Origin: Mizuhopecten yessoensis | Taxonomy: Eukaryota | Length of the DNA: 64,000 nucleotides | Direction of reading: 5' to 3' | NCBI RefSeq assembly: GCF_002113885.1 | Contig: NW_018403629.1 | Location: 129,050 to 193,049, forward strand | Part shown: piece after piece, positions 39,301 through 50,900 of the stretch | Position numbering within the stretch: the stretch's first letter is position 1 | How the letters are laid out: each line of letters begins with the position of its first letter | Made by a program: the position numbers and the translations under genes | Notes under the pieces: model-generated | What the model saw: the letters and a program-made list of their open reading frames with translations, nothing else | Told to the model about the DNA's origin: nothing | Databases searched by the model: none

Positions 39301-41477
39301 NNNNNNNNNNNNNNNNNNNNNNNNNNNNNNNNNNNNNNNNNNNNNNNNNNNNNNNNNNNNNNNNNNNNNNNNNNNNNNNNNNNNNNNNNNNNNNNNNNNN
39401 NNNNNNNNNNNNNNNNNNNNNNNNNNNNNNNNNNNNNNNNNNNNNNNNNNNNNNNNNNTGGTCTACGTCAACACACCAAGCATTGGTCTACGTCAACACA
39501 CCCAGCATTGATCTACGTCAACATACCAAGCAATGGTCTACGTCAACACACCAAGCAATGGTCTTCGCCAACACACCCAGCATTGGTCTACGTCAATACA
39601 CCAAGCATTGGTCTACGTCAACACACCCAGCATTGATCTACGTCAACATACCAAGCAATGGTCTACGTCAACACACCAAGCAATGGTCTTCGCCAACACA
39701 CCCAGCATTGGTCTACGTCAATACACCAAGCATTGGTCTACGTCAACACACCCAGCATTGATCTACGTCAACATACCAAGCAATGGTCTACGTCAACACA
39801 CCAAGCAATGGTCTTCGCCAACACACCCAGCATTGGTCTACGTCAATACACCAAGCATTGGTCTACGTCAACACACCCAGCATTGATCTACGTCAACATA
39901 CCAAGCAATGGTCTACGTCAACACACCAAGCAATGGTCTTCGCCAACACACCCAGCATTGGTCTACGTCAATACACCAAGCATTGGTCTACGTCAACACA
40001 CCCAGCATTGATCTACGTCAACATACCAAGCAATGGTCTACGTCAACACACCAAGCAATGGTCTTCGCCAACACACCCAGCATTGGTCTACGTCAATACA
40101 CCAAGCATTGGTCTACGTCAACACACCCAGCATTGATCTACGTCAACATACCAAGCAATGGTCTACGTCAACACACCAAGCAATGGTCTTCGCCAACACA
40201 CCCAGCATTGGTCTACGTCAATACACCAAGCATTGGTCTACGTCAACACACCCAGCATTGATCTACGTCAACATACCAAGCAATGGTCTACGTCAACACA
40301 CCAAGCAATGGTCTTCGCCAACACACCCAGCATTGGTCTACGTCAATACACCAAGCATTGGTCTACGTCAACACACCCAGCATTGATCTACGTCAACATA
40401 CCAAGCAATGGTCTACGTCAACACACCAAGCAATGGTCTTCGCCAACACACCCAGCATTGGTCTACGTCAACACACCAAGCATTGGTCTACGTCAACACA
40501 CCAAGCAATGGTCTACGTCAACACACCAAGCAATGGTCAACGTCAACACACCAAGCAATGGTCTATGTCAACAAACCAAGCAATGGTCTATGTCAACACA
40601 CCAAGCAATGGTCTACGTCAACACACCAAGCAATGGTCTTCGCCAACACACCCAGCATTGGTCTACGTCAACACACAAAGCATTGGTCTATGTCAACACA
40701 CCAAGCATTGGTCTACGTCAACACACCAAGCAATGGTCTACGTCAACACACCAAGCAAGGGTCTATGTCAACACACCAAGCATTGGTCTAAGTCAACACA
40801 CCAAGCAATGGTCTTCGCCAACACGCCCAGCATTGGTCTACGTCAACACACCAAGCAATGGACTACGTCAACACACCAAGCAATGGCCTATGTCAACAAA
40901 CCAAGCAATGGTCTATGTCAACACACCAAGCAATGGTCTATGGTATTGCTATGTCAGCACACAAAGTAATGTTATGTGTCAACACAAAAAACAAATGGTC
41001 TATGCCAACACACAAACCAATGGTCTACCATCAGGTACTGATCACAAATCACAAATGGTTAACGGGGAGCTATTCACCAATCAGTCTTATTTACTGAAAG
41101 GGGGAAAGACAAAAATGCAAATTTGGGAAATCAATTTCTTGGCACCCTGATGGATAATGTGGAGTTATTTGTGTTTAACAAAGTTGAAGTTAGGATTATT
41201 ATAGACTGGTTGTTCTGGATTCTAATTTATTTGAAACCCTTTTCTCTGATACTGCACTAAACTTCCTGTTTTTTTTCTATGTGCAGATTTGTTTGACGAG
41301 AAAACAGTGGCCAGGTTTGTTCATGCAGGAGTCTATATCCTTTCTGCTGGTGCTTGCGCGCTAATAATCGGAAAGTGTGTAACCCCGCGTAATACCCAGC
41401 GCTACCAGAACAATGAGGAGGATACTTCTGAAGACAACCAGGAGAAAGAGGCGTCCGAGGAGGACGCTGAGGCTTAA
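27393..41477 (+). CDS. Divergent SLC16/monocarboxylate-transporter-like MFS protein, paralog A (~477 aa, 7 exons)
   Basis: Exons 27393-27461, 32227-32497, 33942-34091, 34805-35155, 36923-37198, 37724-37849 and 41287-41477; all GT-AG, 1434-nt open frame. PPDGG before TM1, RYGYRIV loop, AGLGF..IVPILEYFHRKR, VLPDIFG; ~12 hydrophobic segments; acidic N- and C-tails. Confidence 0.88.
27946..30102 (-). mobile_element. 5'-truncated CR1-group LINE (RT) in intron 1 of paralog A
   Basis: Frameshifted ORF2 pieces KASGHDSI..PLFKKGD..NYRPITLL, SKAFDRVW, PQGSVLGPLLFLVYINDI, RLFADDT and C-terminal HTRLRHSCSSLN..CACG. A-rich 3' end; 9-bp TSD AGGGATGTA at 27937-27945 and 30103-30111. Confidence 0.92.
30500..31892. 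repeat. 57-bp minisatellite, ~24 copies
   Basis: Unit ATGGTCTGATATAGGTGCTGAATGGGTGTAGTATTTGTATTTATCTACATGCTATAT. Confidence 0.95.
33214..33847. repeat. 20-bp G-rich minisatellite, ~31 copies
   Basis: Unit GGTCAAATAATGGGGGAGT(A/G). Confidence 0.95.
34322..34695. repeat. 29-bp minisatellite, ~12 diverged copies
   Basis: Unit TTCTACCACTATATACCTAACCTTAACTG. Confidence 0.9.
38143..40940. repeat. 25-bp minisatellite with 125-bp higher-order repeat (spans an assembly gap)
   Basis: Unit CAATGGTCTACGTCAACACACCAAG; exact 125-bp period at ~39480-40470 (identical ORFs start every 125 bp). Confidence 0.97.
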
Positions 41478-43841
41478 ACAGCGAGAAGATTGACAATAGA
41501 TCGGATTAATTTCTTAAATTTTAAGCAACTGAGAAACAAATAACTGTTTATTTGATTCTTTACAATCGCAATGATTCTTGGATATAACAGTGACAGGATT
41601 ATTCGGTAACAATTGTGATGAGAAACACTCAATGTGAACGAATATTCTATAATTAATCGTATTTATTGATACCTAAGTGATTCAGTGACAAAATAGTGTC
41701 TGAGCCTTTATGCATGGTACTATTTTTTCTGAAATCCTCTGCGACTTTCTTGCCTTCTGCCTTTATTTTTAGAACATTAAAATGTTTTTCATTTAACTTA
41801 TCATAGCGCACTAGCGCTCATTATGATATTTGCTTGCAAAGCTGTGTCGTTTAAAAAGATCATAAATGCCATACAAAAACAATTCAATGCTTAATTACAA
41901 ACTGTAAAATCTTACGTCAGAGATATATTAAGCAGTGTTAATGATTAAGAATGCACGTAGATGTGTTTCAGGCTTGGGATGAACTTTGAAGAAAGGAATA
42001 AGGATATTCCTATTTTAAAAAACAGATAAAACGTTTTAGCTCTCCAAATAAAACACTGACTTACATAATCATTCCTCTTAATCTAGAGATGACTATGAAG
42101 TTAAAAAAATAAATAAATAAATATTTTACTTAAATATGTGACTATTGTAAATACTCTATAGAAAAATGAGAAAAAAACACAGTTTCTTTTAAAGTGATTA
42201 AAAACTCCAAATTACAATGAGTACGATTAAATATTTTTCAGTTTAAATTGATAACTAACTCTTTTACATATTAGATTTACAAACAATCCTAATTGTAAAA
42301 ATTTTCGATAGAGAAATGGATACAATCGTACATATGTTATGGGAAACATTCCTGACGAGTTTTGAAACAGTGCTGATATGAATGCTTCAATCATATCGTT
42401 TTGATTTAAAAAAGATTTTTCGATTTTGAGTGTATTAAAAAAAAAAAACACAGGTATTATTGATGGAAAAGATAGTGAAATCCTTCTTCTGATTAACCCT
42501 ACGAGTTGTGTTTATTATAAACCACCAAGGAAAACCATTGTTTCCTGGTCACTTGCCCTCCATGATATTATCCTCTATTCATGTCATCTACATTTTTTCC
42601 CTTTTTCGTCTTTTTACTTTACTTTTGCTTTGTTTTTCCTACCTCTTTTTGGTATATTGAAATTTTTCATATATGTTAAATTGATATTTTTCGGTCGCTA
42701 TTTCGTCCTATAACAATACAGTATATATGCCATATATCGCCATTTAATTAATGTATGTTGGTACGAAATATGTTTTAATGAAGTGATGTAACTTTTAACA
42801 AAAGTTTCAGTAACTTTGTATGTACACATACACCTATGTACCACTACACCGTACTGAGAACACATCTTTGAAATAAAACATTTTTAAAAATAAATAGGCT
42901 TGTCTAGATTTATCCCTTTTGGGCAAAATGCAAATGTGCTAGTCTTATCAAAATATGCTATGTAATGCCTTTAACAGTATTCTATAACGAAAATCACCAT
43001 TTGACCATTTGTAAGATAAATGGGAATGCGTTTTCAGTTTCAGAGGAGTTCCGAATAATTCCGATGTGTCTAAAAGAACTTGTTTTTATCAAAATCTTCC
43101 CTGGAGTCTTTCGACTAATCGGTTTCAAAAGTGAGATATTTACAATATTTACACATAATACAATACCACAACAACACTATGTAAACAGTACGGAGAGTGT
43201 TACCAATTTAGATGATCGGTTTCTTCTTATGTTATCAGTTATGAGACACACCTGTTACATGTTGTACTTTTCAATATTCATTAACGGCGTATTTGTGTTT
43301 GGTGGAGAATGAGTAGCCTTATAATGGGAGAAGGTTGGCCGTGTTTACTTGTTTGTAGTAATTAGGCACCTATTTGATATTTTAATTTGATACAACCTGT
43401 AGCATGTAATGACAGTTTGAAATGCTTTGAAGCTGAAATTAAAAACTTAAAACATCGCCAAAAAATCAGCTAATAAATAAACACGAAGGATATATAATCA
43501 TGTGTATATCGGTACTGATAAAGTGTCCAACGCAATTTTGTATACATGTCTTTGGTGTAACAGATATTATTTTGAAGGATAAGTAAAACCCGGATTATAA
43601 GTTATGAGTATGATAACTCATTGATGGTCACCTTCTCCCGATTGAAGTAACGTCCTGTAAAAGAAACGAACACGACAGCGACAGCAGACAAAATACACGA
43701 AGTCGATACAAAAATTAAAAACGTTTTGAATATTATCTTACTAGTACATTTTAGAGTCGATTGCCCGTCGCCAGACCTAAAGCCTAATAAGGTTGAGACA
43801 GAAGGGAATGGTCAAATAAAAAGTTGTGTGAAAACCTTTAG

Positions 43842-44667
43842 AACAAGATCCCCAGAGGGCCTGTATCGCTCACCTGAATATGTTTAAAAAGTATTGGTAT
43901 GAAGTAAAACTATAGCACTCCATGGTAGGAGCTGTAAGTACATATTAAATTTCAGAAAGATGCATCCAGTATACTACAGAAGAAGGATTTTGAAGAATTT
44001 GATATATTTCCCCTATTGGGCCACGCCCCTCTGCCCCTTTGGAGACCACACCCACTGCTTAAACAAAATTGAGTCCCCTTGGCCCATGGATGATCCAGAC
44101 TAAATTAGGATATAATCCCTTAATCCCTATGGTGGAAGAAGGATTTTAAAGGTTTTACCTCTATTCCCCTATTGGGCCCCTCCTCCCTTCTGCCCCCAGG
44201 GGGAACACACTCGCTGTTTATACGAAATTGAGTCCATTTTTCCCAAGGATGCTCCAGACTAAATTAAGATAAAAACCCCTTAATCCCTATGGTTGAAGAA
44301 GGGTTATAAAGGTTTTACCTCTATTTCCCCTATTCGGCGCGTCCCTCAGGTCCAAGGGGGACCACACCCACCGTTTATACAAAATTGGTTTCCCTTTACC
44401 CAAGGATGCTCCACACCAAATATGGACCAAATCCTTTCATTCCTACAGAAGAAGAAGGATTTTAAAGAATTTGCTATATTTCCCTTATTGGACCCACCAT
44501 TTATACAAAATGAGTTCCTCTTCCCCTAATGATGTTTCTGACAAAATTTGCTCAAAATCTACTTGGCCATTCAGGACAAGTAGCGTTTTAAAGGAAAAGT
44601 TGACGGACGGACGACGGACGACGGACGCTACGGTATGGCAGGTTCTTCGGACCAGGTGAGCTAAAAA
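43842..44667. mobile_element. Helentron-associated non-autonomous element (HINE/DINE-like)
   Basis: AACAAG...GCTCACCTG (43868) and CAGGTGAGCTAAAA (44653) subterminal IRs, (GACG)n microsatellite at 44602-44627, short hairpin GGTTCTTCGGACC, internal ~160-bp diverged tandem units. Confidence 0.75.
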
Positions 44668-45058
44668 GTACACAAACGGACGGCAGTTATTTACCAGAGA
44701 GGTCTCTCTTTCGTAACCAGGGGAAACGTTGGCTTCCATCCTCTCACAAGGAACTGTGTAATGTTTAGCTGACACTTAAAGTGGTAAAAATATCTTTTAC
44801 TCTTTTGAATAACCATGTACTGATAAAATCTAACATAGCACTTTTGAGCAGTTAAAGGTTAGAATTATCTCTTTGATGTCCTCAGATGTTATAGGGAGAA
44901 AGACATAAGTTTGAATATTAGCTATGCACTGGAGTTTCCACCATAATGTCATTAAAAGACTGGTAACAAGAATATTCATCTAAAAGAGAGGATACATAAG
45001 TGTCAATAAAACCGTAGTTCGAACTAAAAATAGATAAACTAGGGCAAAAATAAATGTA

Positions 45059-45061
45059 ACA

Positions 45062-45094
<33 letters not shown>
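45059..45094. repeat. (CA)n microsatellite
   Basis: Direct reading. Confidence 0.95.
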
Positions 45095-46184
45095 GGGTGA
45101 TTCCACCTTTAAAATTTGTATATCCAAGTCTTCTTCTGTGATACGACCAGGTGTCCTGGAAGGATAAGCGTCTTCTACGATACGTTATTGAGCAGCAAAA
45201 GAGATCTGAGGGGAACATACGAGATCTTTTCGAACAGAAATATATCGCTTTCTAACACAGTTTATTTGAATGTGTTAACTTTAGCTAGTTTTTTTTACCT
45301 TAAGATCCGTATAACCCTATTTGTAAATTCCTCTGTGTTTTTGTTTTTGAGAATGGTAGAATATTGATATTGGGATTTTTTGGAAAAGTATTAGCCGCTA
45401 ATGTTTACCCATTACAGTGCCATTCGAAGTCATTCAGTACATTTTACAACTGGGGACTCTGACATGATAACAGTATTATCTAAATACAAAATAGGCAATT
45501 ATTCAAAAAATGGTATATGATTTTGGGCATTAATTATCAATGTTTTACTTCCAATATGCATTATATTTGAAACATTTTCAGGGTAATTAAGATACCCGGT
45601 GAAATGAGACGTTTGTTATAAACCTGTCTTGTAATATCTGTTCAGTTTTCTACATAATAAGTTATTGTGGTAAAAGTAAAAAGTAAGGTATTGCATTGAC
45701 ATGTTATACTATTTAATTACCTCATCCACGGAACAAAGCTTTTCTTAAATAAAATAGTTTGGTTGACCAATAAAAAGGCATTTCAATGTTAAACATGTAT
45801 AGGAAAGAGATAATCAGCTAAAGGGGGAGATCCTGCATTGTAGTATGTCAAAACAGCCGAAAACATTCAATGATTTGTTTACGTATTCGTTCATAATGAT
45901 ATCCACTCCACACGACTTGCTACACTGGCAGTAACACATGCAAACATGCCAAACTTCCCAACTCTGACTGTTGTGGACCGGGAATAGGGTGTTAACTGGA
46001 ACGGTTCTACCGGAAGAGGAACGGATATGACCCAATCAATGTACATATGAGGCATGTAGGGCAGATATGGCGGGTGCAGGACAGATAGAGCGCGTAGGAG
46101 CAGATATTGTCGTCTGCCGATGTATGGCTATGCACAGCTACAATGAAGCAATGTATACGCAAAACAAGTCCTTATCAGGTTCAG

Positions 46185-47497
46185 TTCTATGGTTATACAA
46201 ATAATGTACATGGAAAGATAATAAAAAGATACAATTCTATGGTTATACAAATAATGTACATGGAAAGATAAAAAAAGATACAATTCTATGGTTATACAAA
46301 TAATGTACATGGAAAGATAAAAAAAAGATACAATTCTATGGTTATACAAATAATGTACATGGAAAGATAAAAAAAAANNNNNNNNNNNNNNNNNNNNNNN
46401 NNNNNNNNNNNNNNNNNNNNNNNNNNNNNNNNNNNNNNNNNNNNNNNNNNNNNNNNNNNNNNNNNNNNNNNNNNNNNNNNNNNNNNNNNNNNNNNNNNNN
46501 NNNNNNNNNNNNNNNNNNNNNNNNNNNNNNNNNNNNNNNNNNNNNNNNNNNNNNNNNNNNNNNNNNNNNNNNNNNNNNNNNNNNNNNNNNNNNNNNNNNN
46601 NNNNNNNNNNNNNNNNNNNNNNNNNNNNNNNNNNNNNNNNNNNNNNNNNNNNNNNNNNNNNNNNNNNNNNNNNNNNNNNNNNNNNNNNNNNNNNNNNNNN
46701 NNNNNNNNNNNNNNNNNNNNNNNNNNNNNNNNNNNNNNNNNNNNNNNNNNNNNNNNNNNNNNNNNNNNNNNNNNNNNNNNNNNNNNNNNNNNNNNNNNNN
46801 NNNNNNNNNNNNNNNNNNNNNNNNNNNNNNNNNNNNNNNNNNNNNNNNNNNNNNNNNNNNNNNNNNNNNNNNNNNNNNNNNNNNNNNNNNNNNNNNNNNN
46901 NNNNNNNNNNNNNNNNNNNNNNNNNNNNNNNNNNNNNNNNNNNNNNNNNNNNNNNNNNNNNNNNNNNNNNNNNNNNNNNNNNNNNNNNNNNNNNNNNNNN
47001 NNNNNNNNNNNNNNNNNNNNNNNNNNNNNNNNNNNNNNNNNNNNNNNNNNNNNNNNNNNNNNNNNNNNNNNNNNNNNNNNNNNNNNNNNNNNNNNNNNNN
47101 NNNNNNNNNNNNNNNNNNNNNNNNNNNNNNNNNNNNNNNNNNNNNNNNNNNNNNNNNNNNNNNNNNNNNNNNNNNNNNNNNNNNNNNNNNNNNNNNNNNN
47201 NNNNNNNNNNNNNNNNNNNNNNNNNNNNNNNNNNNNNNNNNNNNNNNNNNNNNNNNNNNNNNNNNNNNNNNNNNNNNNNNNNNNNNNNNNNNNNNNNNNN
47301 NNNNNNNNNNNNNNNNNNNNNNNNNNNNNNNNNNNNNNNNNNNNNNNNNNNNNNNNNNNNNNNNNNNNNNNNNNNNAAAAAAAAGATACAATTCTATGGT
47401 TATACAAATAATGTACATGGAAAGATAAAAAAAAGATACAATTCTATGGTTATACAAATAATGTACGTGGAAAGATAAAAAAATATATACAATTCTA
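46185..47497. repeat. ~50-bp AT-rich minisatellite spanning a gap
   Basis: Unit TTCTATGGTTATACAAATAATGTACATGGAAAGATAAAAAAAAGATACAA on both sides of the N run. Confidence 0.9.
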
Positions 47498-47649
47498 GCT
47501 ATAAGCATATGACTCATTCCATAATGAAAATGGGCTCAATACATTTATACAACAAAATCCAATCGGTGGTTGACTTGTGCAAGTGAAAACCTCTCAAGTA
47601 AATCAATACACGCATCTTTATGATATCACGTTCCTAATCGGCAGAGACT

Positions 47650-47667
47650 ACCGGAAGTTTACTTCCG
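47650..47667. promoter_or_regulatory. Inverted pair of ETS-like sites upstream of paralog B
   Basis: ACCGGAAGT-TT-ACTTCCG about 240 bp upstream of the ATG at 47905. Confidence 0.4.
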
Positions 47668-47904
47668 ATGACCTCCCAGGCCTTACGACAATATCATGTA
47701 CATGCTAATTTGAACGTTTCGCCGATATCTGCGTATACTTATGTGTAAGTTACAAGGTCAATAAAATCTTCCGCAATGACATCACCGTCAGGGTTCGACT
47801 CGTTGTCTATTGTTCGATGCTTTTATTTTACATGCTGGAATCAGTAACTTTATAATATATGTAGTTATTGAGACTGACATGGTCATAGACAGGTACTGTA
47901 CGTA

Positions 47905-50900
47905 ATGAATACCTACGTCAACCAACACAGCACGAGCCCGGAACGTTTGGACGATTCTGACGATGATTATCAAGAGGTAAGCTTTCTCAAACTATCATCC
48001 AAGTCTACTTGACATTCAGTTGACAAGAACTATTATCATGATGTAGATAAATGTGATGTTGATCGGTATTGAGGTGACCATTTCTTTTCAAACTATTGTT
48101 ATATCTCAAAGAGTTTTGTAATGGGTGACCATTGTTTTCTTACCTTAAATGTCAAAGTTTGGTAGGTAGCTGGCTATTATTGTCACACTGTAGACATGGT
48201 AGTAAGGCGACCATCATTGTCGTACTGTAGACATTGTAGTAAGGTGACAGTCATTGTCGTACTGTAGGTTAATGTTACAGTTTGGTAGTAAGGTGACCAT
48301 TATTGTCGTACTGTAGGTTAATGTCATAGTTTGGTAGTAAGGTGACAGTCATTGTCGTACTGTAGGTTAATGTTACAGTTTGGTAGTGAGGTGACCATCA
48401 TTGTCATACTGTAGGTTAATGTCACAGTTTGGTAGTAAGGTGACCATCATTGTCGTACTGTAGGTTAATGTCACAGTTTGGTAGTAAGGTGACCATCATT
48501 GTCGTACTGTAGGTTAATGTCACAGTTTAGTAGTGAGGTGACCATCATTGTCGTACTGTAGGTTAATGTCACAGTTTGGTAGTGAGGTGACCATCATTGT
48601 CGTACTGTAGGTTAATGTCACAGTTTGGTAGTGAGGTGACCATCATTGTCGTACTGTAGGTTAATGTCACAGTTTGGTAGTGAGGTGACCATCATTGTCG
48701 TACTGTAGGTTAATGTCACAGTTTGGTAGTGAGGTGACCATCATTGTCGTACTGTAGGTTAATGTCACAGTTTGGTAGTGAGGTGACCATCATTGTCGTA
48801 CTGTAGGTTAATGTCACAGTTTGGTAGTGAGGTGACCATCATTGTCGTACTGTAGGTTAATGTCACAGTTTGGTAGTGAGGTGACCATCATTGTCGTACT
48901 GTAGGTTAATGTCACAGTTTGGTAGTGAGGTGACCATCATTGTCGTACTGTAGGTTAATGTCACAGTTTGGTAGTGAGGTGACCATCATTGTCGTACTGT
49001 AGGTTAATGTCACAGTTTGGTAGTGAGGTGACCATCATTGTCGTACTGTAGGTTAATGTCACAGTTTGGTAGTGAGGTGACCATCATTGTCGTACTGTAG
49101 GTTAATGTCACAGTTTGGTAGTGAGGTGACCATCATTGTCGTACTGTAGGTTAATGTCACAGTTTGGTAGTGAGGTGACCATCATTGTCGTACTGTAGGT
49201 TAATGTCACAGTTTGGTAGTGAGGTGACCATCATTGTCGTACTGTAGGTTAATGTCACAGTTTGGTAGTGAGGTGACCATCATTGTCGTACTGTAGGTTA
49301 ATGTCACAGTTTGGTAGTGAGGTGACCATCATTGTCGTACTGTAGGTTAATGTCACAGTTTGGTAGTGAGGTGACCATCATTGTCGTACTGTAGGTTAAT
49401 GTCACAGTTTGGTAGTGAGGTGACCATCATTGTCGTACTGTAGGTTAATGTTACAGTTTGGTAGTGAGGTGACCATCATTGTCGTACTGTAGGTTAATGT
49501 CACAGTTTGGTAGTGAGGTGACCATCATTGTCGTACTGTAGGTTAATGTCACAGTTTGGTAGTGAGGTGACCATCATTGTCGTACTGTAGGTTAATGTCA
49601 CAGTTTGGTAGTGAGGTGACCATCATTGTCGTACTGTAGGTTAATGTCACAGTTTGGTAGTGAGGTGACCATCATTGTCGTACTGTAGGTTAATGTCACA
49701 GTTTGGTAGTGAGGTGACCATCATTGTCGTACTGTAGGTTAATGTCACAGTTTGGTAGTGAGGTGACCATCATTGTCGTACTGTAGGTTAATGTCACAGT
49801 TTGGTAGTGAGGTGACCATCATTGTCGTACTGTAGGTTAATGTCACAGTTTGGTAGTGAGGTGACCATCATTGTCGTACTGTAGGTTAATGTCACAGTTT
49901 GGTAGTGAGGTGACCATCATTGTCGTACTGTAGGTTAATGTCACAGTTTGGTAGTGAGGTGACCATCATTGTCGTACTGTAGGTTAATGTCACAGTTTGG
50001 TAGTGAGGTGACCATCATTGTCGTACTGTAGGTTAATGTCACAGTTTGGTAGTGAGGTGACCATCATTGTCGTACTGTAGGTTAATGTCACAGTTTGGTA
50101 GTGAGGTGACCATCATTGTCGTACTGTAGGTTAATGTCACAGTTTGGTAGTGAGGTGACCATCATTGTCGTACTGTAGGTTAATGTCACAGTTTGGTAGT
50201 GAGGTGACCATCATTGTCGTACTGTAGGTTAATGTCACAGTTTGGTAGTGAGGTGACCATCATTGTCGTACTGTAGGTTAATGTCACAGTTTGGTAGTGA
50301 GGTGACCATCATTGTCGTACTGTAGGTTAATGTCACAGTTTGGTAGTGAGGTGACCATCATTGTCGTACTGTAGGTTAATGTCACAGTTTGGTAGTGAGG
50401 TGACCATCATTGTCGTACTGTAGGTTAATGTCACAGTTTGGTAGTGAGGTGACCATCATTGTCGTACTGTAGGTTAATGTCACAGTTTGGTAGTGAGGTG
50501 ACCATCATTGTCGTACTGTAGGTTAATGTCACAGTTTGGTAGTGAGGTGACCATCATTGTCGTACTGTAGGTTAATGTCACAGTTTGGTAGTGAGGTGAC
50601 CATCATTGTCGTACTGTAGGTTAATGTCACAGTTTGGTAGTGAGGTGACCATCATTGTCGTACTGTAGGTTAATGTCACAGTTTGGTAGTGAGGTGACCA
50701 TCATTGTCGTACTGTAGGTTAATGTCACAGTTTGGTAGTGAGGTGACCATCATTGTCGTACTGTAGGTTAATGTCACAGTTTGGTAGTGAGGTGACCATC
50801 ATTGTCGTACTGTAGGTTAATGTCACAGTTTGGTAGTGAGGTGACCATCATTGTCGTACTGTAGGTTAATGTTACAGTTTAGTAGTAAGGTGACCATCAT

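Noticed and set aside
38027-41150. Long ORFs (GLRQHTKQWSTSTHQ repeats)
   Set aside because: By-product of a stop-free 25-bp repeat and N runs inside intron 6 of paralog A.
42346-42385. Minimal hammerhead-like string CTGACGA-GTTTT-GAAAC
   Set aside because: Helix II cannot pair, the NUH site is out of register, and there is no element context; likely chance.
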